A stretch of 64,000 bases of DNA from Eledone cirrhosa (taxonomy: Eukaryota): the NCBI GenBank assembly GCA_964016885.1, contig OZ024743.1, positions 352,098,001 through 352,162,000 on the forward strand. The letters run 5' to 3'. This document shows, piece by piece, positions 35,573 to 50,001 of the stretch; position 1 is the first letter of the stretch; each line of letters opens with the position of its first letter. The notes below the pieces were generated by a model. That model did no database searches. It saw only the letters and a program-made list of their open reading frames with translations, and was not told the origin of the DNA. The position numbers were made by a program, and so were the translations under genes.

Positions 35573-37229
35573 TATGATATAATATGCACACTACATATGC
35601 TAACAGAAAACCGCCCCGGGGTGATTCTTCTGATAGTATTTATAATGTTATCCTAAAGAAAATCTGTTTTATATGTGTAGCGATAGGGTCACGTCCATGT
35701 AACTGTTAAAATGTATTCTTCGTAGGATGAATGATAAAAAGAATGATGAAGAATTGTGATGTCGTTGACAACGTTTATTTTGTAATAATAAAAGTCACTT
35801 GTTGGTACATCGAATATTGAGTAATAAAAACGTGAGAATGACAGGAAGTCAAAAGGTTAGATAAAGTGTATAAGGGACAATAGAAGGAAACCTACTGTGT
35901 GTGTGTGTGTTAATCCGTAGCAAACGTGGTTCCTTTAGTAGCGGTCAGTCCATCTCTCTAATTCCCTGTCTGTCGAGCGAGTAAGAAATGTGAGAGAATA
36001 GTAAATAGAAGACTGTATTCGTGAAGAGAATCCATAGTGTTAGTAGAACAGTTCTTCTGTCGTCTGTGTTAGCCACTATCTCTAATTTGGTTCTCGTAGC
36101 GCTTGTATTTATAAGAATATTATAGCTAGAACAACGTGTATATGGCTTTTGAGACAATAGCCAGGCCATTTGCCTATCGACTGTCAAGTGTATTGGCTCA
36201 CAGGTCAAATGATATATAACATAGTTGTAGAGTGTTTTATGACCACTATAGAAAATTAATGGTTTGGCCATTTTACTATTTTATTTACTCCAATTTAGAA
36301 ATAGTATCAGAAGGCGGTAGGCTGCGTTTAATGTCAATTGGATTGGCAGAACGAGATCTAGTCGCAACAGTTTGAACACAGAATATTTATTTATCGAAGA
36401 ACATATTTTTCAATCGTGTTTGTGAATGTGAACAAGCAGAATACATTTGAACTTGTTAAGAGTACAAGGGTGTTTGCGGATAGTACAATGTTACCTCTGC
36501 TGGTTGTCAAGACATTATGGATGTCTAATATCCAGTTGGTAGATTAAACATAGCACTCTCGGGTTAGGCATATTTCGCGCCACGTGTCGCATGTTGAGGA
36601 CAGCAAATTATTACGTGTTTCTGGTCTGAAACTATCTGCTCTACTCTTGCTTTCGGGTTTGGCACAATGCATTACTCATCCGATAGATAGCTGTATCAGA
36701 TCGTTGGCTGGCTAATAGTTAGGTGAGGTGAGTTAGTGCAACAGGAATTAACGCGTGTAAATTTACCTATTTATCTGTTCACTACATTACCTTCCGTTTA
36801 GATCGAAGGTCGATATCAATATATAAGCCAAGGCAAAACTATGTGGGTTGCAACTCTTCACGTATTACATGAGTAGTGCTAAATATGCAATATGTCTACA
36901 TGACATCAAACAATAAAAAATCATCGGGTACACAGAGAAAAGATACATGCATGAATACAACCGAGAAAAATGAAACATAACATAATTGAACAAGCAAAAG
37001 TAATTGTTTTCAGAAGAGTCAAAAGTTTGAACAATATCAAAGTTCATATATAGATTGCTTTACTCAATCTCTGAGGCCAATGCACTCTACGACCACTACG
37101 AGTCGTCGTAACATATGTTGGTGAAGGTAAGGAAGGTGTGTGTGATGTTGTGGCTGAGTATGCTCGTGAAGGTTCAACATGCAATGTATTGTATGTGGGG
37201 GTGTATGGGATTCAACTGGTGGAGCGTTT

Positions 37230-38892
37230 GTAAAGGCCTGTTTAATCCTATCTACTGAAACTGTGTATTTCCTACCACAAACGTCTATGGTAGGGTCCTG
37301 TATAGGGTGGTACCAGTGGTCCTTTCACTGAGTCTTTACGTAGAAAAACGTGAGTCCAAGAAGTAGTGTTTTTAGGAACCGAAGCTTTAATTGTCTGTTG
37401 ACGTGTTCCCATAGGCTTAAGATCATTGAAATATGATCGCAATCGGTTAATATATAACGTAGGATCTTCCCGTGATGCGTCGACTGTGACTAACATCTGT
37501 CCCGGCAAGGATGAAGGTGTTCCGTACAGCAATTCCGCTGGGGACTATCCGAGATCCCCCCTGACCGCCGCGCAACAGCCAAGAAGAACAATTGGTAGAT
37601 ATTCACTCCATTTTTGCTGGTCGGGATAAGCACGCAATGCTGCTTTTAATTGTCGATGAAAGCGTTCTATCATGCCATTTGACGCCGGATGGTAACTATA
37701 GTTCTAATACGATGTATCCCTAAAATTTTAGAAAGTTCATGGAAGAGATGTCATTCAAATTGTCCGCCACGGTCAGTGGTGATCGTGGAAGGGACACCGT
37801 ATCGCGAAATCCAGCCAGACATCAGAGCTCATGCTACCGATTCTGCTGAAATCTCTTCGAGAGGAATGGATTCAGGCCAACGTGTAAAACGGTCGATACA
37901 CGTAAGAAGGTATGTGTATATCCATGGCTGACCGGCCAAAGTCCAACTAGGTCGATATGAATATGGTCAAAGCGGGCATATGGAGCGTTGAATGTGCCCA
38001 GAGGTGCTCGAATGTGTTTGTGCACCTTAGACTTCTGGCAAAGTATGCAGGAACGAGACCATGCAGTGATATCTCGTCTCATATTTGGCCAAAAGAATCT
38101 AGCCGTAATGAGTTTCACTGATGAAAGGATTCCAGGGTATGAGAGGTTGTGTAACGTGTCGAAAACTGTTCGCCGATGAAGTTCCGGAACGAAGGGTCGA
38201 GATGAATCAGTCGATATGTCATACAGGATGCTTGTGTCAGAATTGTGTAAAGGTAATTGTTTGAATTTGCACGTCGCAATTTCGGTTGCAGCTAAATCCA
38301 AATCGTCCAAAGCAGGCTGGTTAGCAACGAGCAAACGTAGATCAATATCGGTTTTTGTCGATAGTGAGTTGATAAGTAAACGAGATAATGCATATGCCGC
38401 TAAATTCTGTGATTCAGGAATATGACGTATATCACTAGTGAATTGTGATACATAATCTAAATGTCGAGTTTCACGTGGCGAGTATCTTTCGAGTTTCGCT
38501 TTGAGAGCAAATGTCAAAGGACGATGGTCGGTGAAAATCGTAAACTGGCGTCCTTCCAACGAATGCTGGAAGTGTTTGATTGCCAAGTACATCGCTAACA
38601 GTTCTCTGCCGAAAGTACTGTATCAGGTTTCAGCGGGTTTAAGTTGTGTTGAGAAATATGCAAGTGGTTGCATACTCTAATTGTGATACTGTTGCAAAAC
38701 TGCACCTACTGCTGTGCTTGATGCGTCAACGACCAGTGAAAACTGGGCATCAGGCACAGGATGTGCAAGCAGGGTGACATCAGCTAATTCCTGTTTCACT
38801 CTGGAATAAGCTTCGAGGTGAGCAGGGTCTAAAGAAATAGACTCGTTTTTGGCTAGGGGTGTGGTTGAAGAAAATGCAGAAAAAAAGCACAT
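37230..38892 (-). mobile_element. Ty3/Gypsy pol remnant (RNase H and integrase), frameshifted
   Basis: LVVDASSTAVGAVLQQ, YLAIKHF..LEGRQFTIFTDHRPL, FFWPNMRRDI...CILCQKSK, FDHIHIDLVG, LVPPYTGPY. Confidence 0.9.
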
Positions 38893-39211
38893 AAAATCAT
38901 TTACAAACAGGCAAAATGAAAGAAAAAATGCTAAGCAAATTTGTATCAGCTACATATGTATAAGAATTTTTTTTTAATATAATATTAATGTAAATCACTT
39001 TTAAGCTATGACGGTGAATCATATTTGTGGTCTACTATATTTCAGAGGCATTCAGGCGCCATATTCATTTCTATGTTGTCTATAGCATTTATAATAGTAT
39101 CCAGATAAAGAAATAGTGATTCAAATGAATATAAATAAATATACACAGGTACAATACAACAACCACGAAAGAAAGAATGAAAACACACACACACATGCAC
39201 AGATGCATGAA

Positions 39212-39250
<39 letters not shown>

Positions 39251-39454
39251 AAAATAGAATAGACATTACAACGAGAGGAAATATAAAATCACCCCACATG
39301 ATTCACAGACGTGTACTGGAATAACTTTAATAGACTATATATATTTTTTTAACCTCACTCAATCAACGATAAACGTTGATTTCAAGCTAAATTAACAGAA
39401 GCGAAAACCAATCCAAATCAAACAGTGAGTGTGTTTTATTATTATTTCTGGCAA

Positions 39455-39640
39455 AGGGCGGTGGATTGGCAGTGTCGGTAGAGGGTCGGACGCCATGCTT
39501 TCCAGCATAGTTACGTCCCTTTACGATCTGAGTTCAAATCCCGCCGAGGTTGACTTTGCCTTTCATCCTTACGGGGTCGATAAAATAAAGTACCAGTGAT
39601 GCACTGGTTAATTGCTGGCCTTGTGCCTAAAGTAGAAACA
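39455..39640 (+). mobile_element. tRNA-derived SINE with target-site duplication
   Basis: A-box-like tggcagtgtcgg, B-box gagttcaaatc, core gactttgcctttcatccttacggggtcgataaaataaagtaccag; flanked by attattatttctggcaa at 39438-54 and 39641-57. Confidence 0.88.
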
Positions 39641-41116
39641 ATTATTATTTCTGGCAATATTATATAACAATATGACACTCCAAATATAACAATGTATATC
39701 TGTTAGAACACGAAAAGTGTGAAACAACAGAATGTTCACTTTTCGTGTTCTAACATATATGCCTAGCTTCTTTAAAAATTTTTCGGGGATAGCCGTGGTG
39801 GTGGTGATCGTATGTCATTGGCTAATTTTCAACCAATCAGAGTACCTCTCTCTATATCTCTTCCACTGTTACTTACGCCTGTTTCTCTCTATCTGTTCCG
39901 TCTCTATATATATCTCTTACTCTTTCGCTTTGCACTCCTCCCCTTCAATACCATCTCTCCCCCTCTCTATATATTTGTTACTCTATCGCTGCACGCTCCT
40001 CTCCTTCAATATATCAATTACACACGCTTTACACTCCTTTATCCCCAGCGCCCCTATATATACACCCCCCCTCTCCCGCATCTATATTTTAATGTACCGT
40101 TGCACCGTGAATATATGTGTCTATATATATATACATATATATTGTATATACACATTCATGTATGTATATACACACTCATGTATGTATATACACTGGTTTT
40201 ATGTGTGTATTGTAAATTTGTACTGTTAAAACACGAAACTAACATTCGATTGACACTTTGATTACCTGTACAGGCAATAGTTATTAGAATGCTGTTGAAG
40301 TGTGTATATATTTTGGGGGGACATCCTGTATATACACACATTATATATAATACAATAAACAGATAAATACACACATATATATATGAGCTTATTTAATTAT
40401 AAATATTGTGAATTTTTAACTCAGTTCAATTATATATATAAATGGCTTCTACAGGACTAGAACTGTTTCATTCGAAAGAAATCATCATAATATTGAGAGG
40501 GGGGACTAGATAAAATATTTCAAATCAAATGTGTATAAGTTATAAGTTAAAATGTATAAATAGAGACGATAGTGGAGGTATATCTGTTTAGTGGAACAGT
40601 AGACGATAGAATTAAATACAGACGAGAATCTCCCTTTAATGAAACAGCAGACGATAGAATTAAGGCAATTTAAATTTTAAGCATTTGCATTTTTGCCTTT
40701 TATCGTTACGGGGTCGATAAAATAAAGTACCAGTAATACACTGTCACTAGACGACTTTCAAATTGAATTGTTGGTTCCATTTCTTTAGTATTTTCAATTG
40801 TAGTTATCTACTTAAAAAGCGTTACACGGTTAGAGACATAATTCGTAAGTTATATCTTCCCTATTAAACCATTGCATTATTTCGCCTACAATAGAACAAA
40901 AATGAAATGTTCTTTAAAGAAACAGGAATATAACTTTATAAAAAAAAAAGTTGCATCCGCTTCTTTTATCATTGATAATTTTTTCGTTTTCATATTTATT
41001 GTTTTTTGTAGTTGTTTATATTAAAAATCTTACTGTAATATTTACTTAAACGAAGGCAAACATCTAAACTTATAGATTAATCTTGAGCGAAGGACTAGAT
41101 AAATCTCTCTCTCTCC

Positions 41117-41157
<41 letters not shown>

Positions 41158-42263
41158 AACGAAGAATGATAAAATTTCAAGCAAAGAGTTTAATTAGGTA
41201 TATTTTGTAATATTATTAACTAATTATTATAATTAACGCGCATATTTTGCTATCCTCAAACACGTTTACACATGGCATGAAATATAACTAATCCGAGATG
41301 GCTAGGTTTCATCTTCTAACTGGATAAACGAAATCCATTATGTCTTGACAACAACATGAGGTAACATTATGTTATTCACAGACACACTTTGTACACTGTT
41401 CCATATCAGAATGTATTTCCTTCGTCACATTCACAAACAGTATTGAAAATATGTTCTTCGGCAAATAAAAATGTTTTGTTAATAATATTTCAACTAGCGA
41501 TTGCTCTACTCCACGCACGACCACCATAAATTAATGACCAGCTCAACACAAGTATTGGTAGAGCGTCAGACACCATGCTTTGCAGTATTGTTATGGTCCT
41601 TTGCATTCTAAGTTCAAATCCTGCCGAGGTTAACTTCGACTTTCATACTTACTAATTCGATAAAATAAAGTACCAGTAATGGACTGCCGTAATGGATTTG
41701 TGCCGAAAAATAGAAACACTATTAATGTGCAATAAGAGCAAAATATAACGACATTGCTCAATTATTTTATCTAATGTTGTAATAACACAAGGAAATGTTG
41801 TTTGTGTATTTTTTTTTATATTTGCTCATAGGCTTTTACAATTTCGCTCAGCCAACAACTATTAAAAAGTGAGTTGCTTAAGATAACAATTTAATCACAA
41901 ATTGTTGCTATCTTTTAATACACTCCAACAAGTCATCAAATTATGTACAATAAAAACAAATCTTATTAATTTGCTCAGGGAATATAAAGAAAATGTATAT
42001 ACACTGATAATTGCAATTGTATGTAAATATTGTATATTTTATGTTTTCTATTATGTATAATATATTGATTTAATATTGATTGTTTTTTGTAGTTGTTTAT
42101 ATTAAAAGTCTGAAAATATTTTTATACATCTTACACTAATATTTATAAGATAATTTATAATAACAATTACATAATCTAATTACATTACAACGATAATTTA
42201 TTATTAATATATATATCCTGTTTAACTAGAGTTATTACAAGCGTTGCCTTAAAAAAATATTAA

Positions 42264-43220
42264 ACTAGACATGAAAAATGCGCAAGCTCAAAAGTGCCAC
42301 AGAATGTTATAATAAACCTTCAAAAGTGTGGGACTAGAGTTGTTGCTAAAAAATATTGTAATCATTATATATCGTACATTCTGTGGCATCCTTTATAAAA
42401 ATAGCTTAAACCAACGAAGCCTTTATTTTTACGCTATTTCACTTAGTTAATTCTTAGAGTGTAACATATAAAAATAAATACATCTATGTTTAATGTAATA
42501 ACAGCTATAAATAATTACGTAATATTATTATCATATACTCATAGTAACAAAATAATTGTGTTGAAACTTAATATGATGCTTATATGAACGATCAAATCTA
42601 TAATGATAATTTCTTAAATATACTAATAGTAAAATAATTTAGTTATCTATTGTTACATTTTCATAGAACTATAATATTAACAATCGTATTGCATTATCAA
42701 ATTTTTATCACTACAAACTTTCATATTGGAATTACCTTAAGCCACTTATTATTACTTCGCTTTCGTACTTTTACAGCTGTAGATATTGCGCTGTATCTTA
42801 TATCTAATATCAATATCTCGTGGTAATTTGCATGAAGTGTAAAATAGGTTTATTAATAACTTTAATATGAAATGTATTATACAGGGCTGCGGAGTCGGCC
42901 AAAAATTGACTGGCTCCAACTCAGGATCCGATACTCCATTATTTCCTAAATTTCAGCTCCGCAGCTCTGTTATTATATTAATTAATTTATTTTATAGTTG
43001 TAAATCATATTTTTATATGTTACACTCTAAGAATTAACTAAGTGAAATAGCGTAAAAATAAAGGCTTCGTTGGTTTAAGCTATTTTTATAAAGGATGCCA
43101 CAGAATGTACGATATATAATGATTACAATATTTTTTAGCAACAACTCTAGTCCCACACTTTTGAAGGTTTATTATAACATTCTGTGGCACTTTTGAGCTT
43201 GCGCATTTTTCATGTCTAGT
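42264..43220. mobile_element. foldback/MITE-like element, copy 2
   Basis: Same as 2156-3112. Confidence 0.75.
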
Positions 43221-45010
43221 ATATATATGTGTGTATATATTGACAGAACTATAAGGACATATTAATTTGTCCATTTTTTCTTTCAGACACATACACATAC
43301 ACAGACACACATTGGACACAACCATCCACAACCACCTGATGGTTGTGTATGGTTGTGTTTAGAAACATTTTGATGACACCCCCATTAGGTCTGTCTGTCT
43401 CTCTCTCTCTCTCTCTCTGTGCATATCTCACCCCCCCCTCTCTCTTGCTGCCATACCAATTCATCGCATCAATAGAAGTTTAGTAAATACATTTTTAATA
43501 ATACTTTTGCAAGCAAACACGTATACACATCATACCTTTATAATCAAAAATATATAATAATTATTTAAAATAACATAACAGGGGTCGACGTCCTGTTCAA
43601 TAGGCCGTCCTCGTCAGAGTATTTCTCATTTAAAAAAATATAATTTAATATGTAACTATCAAGCAATGACCATGCTGTGAATTATGTTTCAGAGCCATTC
43701 AATTAACATATTTACAGGTGAGACAGGTTTTCTTTGTCACACACACACGCATATATATACACACACACCTTCCCACCCGGCCCACACCCCACCTCTTCAC
43801 CTTAGACATTAAATCCCTCTAAACAGTCATTCCCTACGCCGACAGCCTACGCGCCCTCCGGCACTACCTCGACCTTCGTCCCTCCCCCGTCCCCTCGACC
43901 CCACCTCCTCTGCCTCGTCTTTCTGTCTTCCTTCAGTTGCAACGTTTTTCGAAATATTTACTCCTGCGTTCACAGATTGATTTTTTTAGTTTCAGATCCC
44001 GTTATGGGTGAAAGCAGCGATTCTTTGCTTAAACTTTAATCTGTTATTTTAATAAATATTTGCTCTACGGTACTTATATATTTGATATATATTTATCCTT
44101 ATCGAGCCCTCTTTGGATTTTAGTCTTCAAATTTATTATTATTACTATATATATAATATTTCCAAATTGAAGGATGAGTATTTAAAACTTTATTTTATCA
44201 TGAGTTAAGGCTCTATTGATTTTTCCCTGGATTTCACTAAATTCTGTTGGATGAATCTATATCCTGATTCTTTTTGAATTGAGTTTGAATTATTTTTCCC
44301 GCATCTTACGTTAACTATTTTCCCATTTTGACGCTATAGTCACTTATATATTATGAAATACTGTGTGCTCCTTGCTCATAATAATTTCTATACTTTTCAT
44401 TTATATTTATACTCGGATTTCTTTCCTAGAGTGCTTAAATTATTTGTGACTAATCCTGGTCTTTTTTTTTAAAAACCGCGATAATATTGCTTTTTCTGAA
44501 CTCCTTATTGTAGAGTTTTTTTCGGAATGTTTGTGACTGTTATTTCATGTAAACAAACATATGTCTCATTCTGACGTCACCAGCCCTGTCTCCACATGTG
44601 CGTTTTATTTTCATAATTACGCATGATGTTGAACTAGCCTGCTTTTAAATTCCCTTTCTGGCATATTATAATCAGTGAGATTTTGGTTATCGTGTTGAGC
44701 TCTGCTGATGATCTAATCCAACCGTGACCATCACCACTGAAAGTTTCGTGAAATAGTCTTTTCAAGACTATACAGAGCATTTGTAGTTTTTCCAAATTGA
44801 AGGATGAATATTTTAAACTTTATTTTATCATGAGTTAAGGCTCTATTGATTTTTTCCCTGGATTTCACTAAATTCTGTTAGATGAATCTATATCCTGATT
44901 CTTTTTGAATTGAGTTTGAATTATTTTTCCCACATCTTACGTTAACTATTTTCCCATTTTGACGCTATAGTCACTTATATATTATGAAATACTGTGTGCT
45001 TCTTGCTCAT

Positions 45011-45112
45011 AATGGAAAGAATTACATCCAAATTAGAGGCACAGCGATGGGAACGAAGTTTGCTCCCGTTTACGCGACCTCTGTAATGGGATACTTAGAA
45101 CAACAACTCTAC
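45011..45112 (+). pseudogene. Penelope-like RT motif B' piece, copy 2
   Basis: Same peptide and same junction as 4902-5003. Confidence 0.88.
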
Positions 45113-48100
45113 CGAGAAAGTTCGCAACCCGCCGGCGAGGCGTATCCGCCGCCGCCGACCCGTAGGGTTGCGCAACGCCTGCGGGGAATACCACCGAGTA
45201 GGGATTTTGCAGCACGGCCAGGGGGTCCTGTCTATTATATAGGGTAGGCTTGATCGGACGAGCTCGAAGAAAACGATTCCGGGTGCAACCCGTCGAGAGT
45301 CGTGAATATTCCGTTTTCAAGACGGGTACGTGCCGGCTTACCCTATGCTATGTCGGATGTCTCCGCCTCGACGACATGCCGTCTAGAACTCGTCCGCCCC
45401 GCCTGCACGTTAACGCCCGCTCTCCGCCTCCGCTCCGTATTCCGCCTCCGATGCGTGTTTCCGCCGTTAAGGCGTGCCAAGTTGGCCGCCTCCGACCCGT
45501 GTGGCTGCAGGGGAATCCAGCCGATGACGACGCCCGGACGGCGGCGTGGTGTTGCTTGGTCGATGCGACGACAACACGCCGCCAACTTGCCTCCTTCGGG
45601 GAGGCCCCGTGTAGACGGCGGAAAGAAATCCATTTCGCCGGCTAAGCGGTTCCGCCGCCGACCCGTACTTTTACGAGTAGCTGCCGGGAAAGACAGGCGG
45701 CAAGACGGCGTGTATACGCGAAGCGAGGCGAAGTTCCCCGACGCGACACGACGCCTTCCGTCTTCCGCCTCGAACCCGGCAAACGTTCCTTTATTCGTCC
45801 ACGCCTTCACGCTTCGATCGTGGAAAGAAATCCAATCCGCCGGCTAGGCGGTTCCGCTGCCGACCCGTACTTTTACGAGTAGCTGCCGGGAAAGACAGGC
45901 GGCAAGACGGCGTGTATACGCGAAGTTCCGCCACGCGACACGACGCCTTCCGTCTTCCGCCTCGAACCCGGCAAACGTTCCTTTATTCGTTCTCGCCTTG
46001 CCGCTTCGATCGCGAGAAAGTTCGCAACCCGCCGGCGAGGCGTATCCGCCGCCGACCCGTAGGGTTGCGCAACGCCTGCGGGGAATACCACCGAGTAGGG
46101 ATTTTGCAGCACGGCCAGGGGGTCCTGTCTATTATATAGGGTAGGCTTGATCGGACGAGCTCGAAGAAAACGATTCCGGGTGCTACCCGTGTGGCTGCAG
46201 GGGAATCCTCCCGATGACGACGCCCGGACGGCGGAAAGAAATCCATTCCGCCGGCTAGGCGTTTCCGCCGCCGACCCGTACTTTTACGAGTAGCTGCCGG
46301 GAAAGACAGGCGGCAAGACGGCGTGTATACCCGTCGCGAGGCGAAGTTCCGCGACGCGACACGACGCCTTCCGTCTTCCGCATCGAACCCGGCAAACGTT
46401 CCTTTATTCGTCCACGCCTTCCCGCTTCGATCGCGGAAAGAAATCCAATCCGCCGGCTAGGCGGTTCCGCTCCCGACCCGTACTTTTACGAGTAGCTGCC
46501 GGGAAAGACAGGCGGCAAGACGGCGTGTATACGCGAAGTTCCGCGACGCGACACGACGCCTTCCGTCTTCCGCCTCGAACCCGGCAAACGTTCCTTTATT
46601 CGTTCACGCCTTCTCGCTTCGATCGCGAGGAAGTTCGCAACCCGCCGGCGAGGCGTATCCGCCGCCGACCCGTAGGGTTGCGCAACGCCTGCGGGGAATA
46701 CCACCGAGTAGGGATTTTGCAGCACGGCCAGGGGGTCCTGTCTATTATATAGGGTAGGCTTGATCGGACGAGCTCGAAGAAAACGATTCCGGGTGCTACC
46801 CGTTGAGAGTCGTGAATATTCCGTTTTCAAGACGGTTACGTGCCGGCTTACTCTATGCTATGTCGGATGTCTCCGCCTCGACGACATGCCGTCTAGAACT
46901 CGTCCGCCCCGCCTGCACGTTAACGCCCGCTCTCCGCCTCCGATGCGTGTTTCCGCCGTTAAGGCGTGCCAAGTTGGCCGCCTCCGACCCGTGTGGCTGC
47001 AGGGGAATCTAGCCGATGACGACGCCCGGACGGCGGCGTGGTGTAGCTTGGTCGATGCGACGACAACACGCCGCCAACTTGCTTCCTTCGGGGAGGCCCC
47101 GTGTAGACGGCGGAAAGAAATCCATTCCGCCGGCTAGGCGGTTCCGCTGCCGACCCGTACTTTTACGAGTAGCTGCCGGGAAAGACAGGCGGCAAGACGG
47201 CGTGTATACGCGAAGCGAGGCGAAGTTCCCCGACGCGACACGACGCCTTCCGTCTTCCACCTCGAACCCTGCAAACGTTCCTTTATTCGTTCACGCCTTC
47301 TCGTTTCGATCGCCAGAAAGTTCGCAACCCGCCGGCGAGGCGTATCCGCCGCCGACCCGTAGGGTTGCGCAACGCCTGCGGGGAATACCACCGAGTAGGG
47401 ATTTTGCAGCACGGCCAGGGGGTCCTGTCTATTATATAGGGTAGGCTTGATCGGACGAGCTCGAAGAAAACGATTCCGGGTGCTACCCGTTGAGAGTCGT
47501 GAATATTCCGTTTTCAAGACGGGTACGTGCCGGCTTACCCTATGCTATGACGGATGTCTCCGCCTCGACGACATGCCGTCTAGAACTCGTCCGCCCCGCC
47601 TGCACGTTAACGCCCGCCCTCCGCCTCCGATGTGTGTTCCGCCTTTAAGGGGCGTGCCCAGTTGGCCGCCTCCGACCCGTATGGCTGCAGGGGAATCCAG
47701 CCGCCGATGATGACGCCCGAACGGCAGCGTGGATAAGCTTGGTCGTCGTCGTCGACGCGACGACAACACGCCGCCAACTAGCTTCCTTTGGGGAGGCCCC
47801 GTGTAGACGGCGGAAAGTAATCGAATCCGCCGGCTAGGCGGTTCCGCCGCCGACCCGTACTTTTGCGAGTAGCTGCCGGGAAAGAGATGCGGCAAGACGG
47901 CGTGTACACGCGACACGACGCCTTCCGCCTTCCGCCTCGTACCCGGTAAACGTTCCGCCGTTGATGCGTGCCGAGTCGGCCGCGTCCGACCGGCGGTGGC
48001 TGCAGGGGAATCCAGCCGACGACGACGCCCGAACGGCGAAGTGGTGTAGCTTCGCCGACGACACGCCGCCTTCTATCTCTCTAGCCATTCTAGGTCCCGC

Positions 48101-48225
48101 ATCGACAGCGGGACCGAAGCCAACCCGCCGTCTAGGCGGTTCCGCAGCCGACTCGTGGCGGGCGGATCGCCCTTGGGGGATTTGCAACGATTCCGGAGGA
48201 TGCAGCACGACCAGGGGCTCCTGTC
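45113..48225 (+). repeat. rDNA IGS subrepeat array, copy 2 (one 687-bp repeat fewer)
   Basis: TATTATATAGGG at 45233, 46130, 46743 and 47430. Confidence 0.9.
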
Positions 48226-48242
48226 TATTATATAGGGTAACC
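48202..48242 (+). promoter_or_regulatory. putative Pol I gene promoter, copy 2
   Basis: TATTATATAGGG at 48226; upstream cacgAccagg variant. Confidence 0.65.
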
Positions 48243-50001
48243 TCGGTCGAACGAGCTTAGTGAACGGAAGGGTGTTAGCCGTTGCAGCTTTCGGTTTACT
48301 GCGTAGGTTACGGGTTAGGCGTGTTCGGATACCCTATATGCGATGTCGTCATCGTCCACGACCCGCCCTCACGTTACAGCCCGTACACGCCGCCATCGAC
48401 GAATTATTGCCTTTACAGACCGCCGCCGTCCGACCGGACCCACGATAGAAGACGTTCGTTACCGCTGGAGCAACGCAAATTACTCCTAGGTTGACGCCAA
48501 CAACGAGCGCCTTCCCGTCCGGGCGACGTAAAAGTTCTGAAAGCCTTTTTCGCCGAACCTCCTCGCGCCGCCTTTTCCTCGCCTATTCTTTTTTCTTTTT
48601 TCTCCTTTTCGACGGCTAGCCGCATTTCGTGACCCGCCTTTCGATTGCGCTTCCGTCGCGGCAAAAGAATTGCCTTTTCAGACCGCCGCCGCCGTCGCCC
48701 GACCGGACCCACGATAGAAAACGTTCGTTACCGCCGGAGCAACGCAAATTACTCCTCGGTTGACGCAAAAAAACGAACGCCTTCCCGCCCGGTCGGCGTA
48801 AAATGTCTGAAAAACCTTTTCGCCGAACGCCTCGCCGCTTCCTCCTCGCCTCTTTTTTTTTTTTTTTTCGGTCGTTCGCTCGCTCGCTCGCCGACCCTCG
48901 GCCTCGACGATTATCCGCCTTCCGAACGACCGCCTTTCCGCCGTCACAGCAGTAGGTACGCGTCCGTCGTAATAGCCGTCATTTTCATGTAGGAGCAACG
49001 CCTAAATGCCCTGCAATGCGTTTGACGACGATCTACGACGGCGACGACGCGCGTCACTCTTCCTTGCTGCGACGAAGGTTTTCGTTCGGCTTTTCGTCGT
49101 GGACCCGGTCAGGTCATGCCGCTGACCTCGCGTTGCGTCGCCACTGCTGCGGCGGGCTTGGGTATAGCCGTAGCTACCCTCGTTTTGCCAACGGCGACGC
49201 GATATCTATGAAAGAAAGCGGCGTCGTCCCTCCCGAAGGGACACTGGCATCAAGCCCGGGTGTCCCTGCTTGCGCCGCTGCCTTTTATCGGGTCAGCGTC
49301 GTCCAAGTTTGCCCCGGCATACCTAGCCGTTAGGTTACGCGACGGCGGCGCTTTTCGCGTCGTCGTCGTCGTCTTCCTAACTCTCTTCCGTTGACCGCAT
49401 TCCGCCGCCATGTCGAACCGATTTCTTTTTTCGTCGCAGTAACGGCGACAGCAGCTGTTGAATCGAAAGCGGAGGGCGCCGCCGCCGCCTACTTGTCTCT
49501 CTCCTCTTCTTCGAGGCCGCATGCTGCTGCCGCCCCGGCATCACGCCTCAGCTCGCACTTACGCCCAGGGAAACGCTTCCGAAAGCGGCTTCGTGCGATG
49601 CCATAGGATTGTAAACCGTCTTGCGAGCTCGTTTTCGTTTGTTTCTTTTCTTTTCTTTCATCGCCGCCGCCGAGGAGGAGGAAGAAGACTAAACGATTGG
49701 CCGGCAGTCGGCGGGCGATTTGTTTTCGTATACGCCCGTTTTTTGTCGACGACGTCGCTGGGAGAGGAGATGATCTGATTAGATTAGTAAATGTCGCCAA
49801 ACGCGCAGCGCCGCGTCCTTCTTCTTTTCTCTTCGTTTCTTACCTCCACCGGCTCGTGGACCGGTTGCCGACATTTCCGTATTTTTTTTTTTTTTTGTTA
49901 CGTTTTCTCATTCCGCCTACAAACGAGACGAGACGAAATTCGCTGCTGCCGCCTCCATGCGCTTCTGTTCTCGGTCGTCGTTTTGTATTTCGTGCGGAAG
50001 A

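Noticed and set aside
35600-37200. Possible LTR or gag region next to the Gypsy remnant
   Set aside because: No paired LTR, primer-binding site or recognisable peptide could be established by eye.
39455-39545. tRNA gene
   Set aside because: A/B boxes are present but there is no cloverleaf; it continues into a SINE core and is flanked by a TSD.
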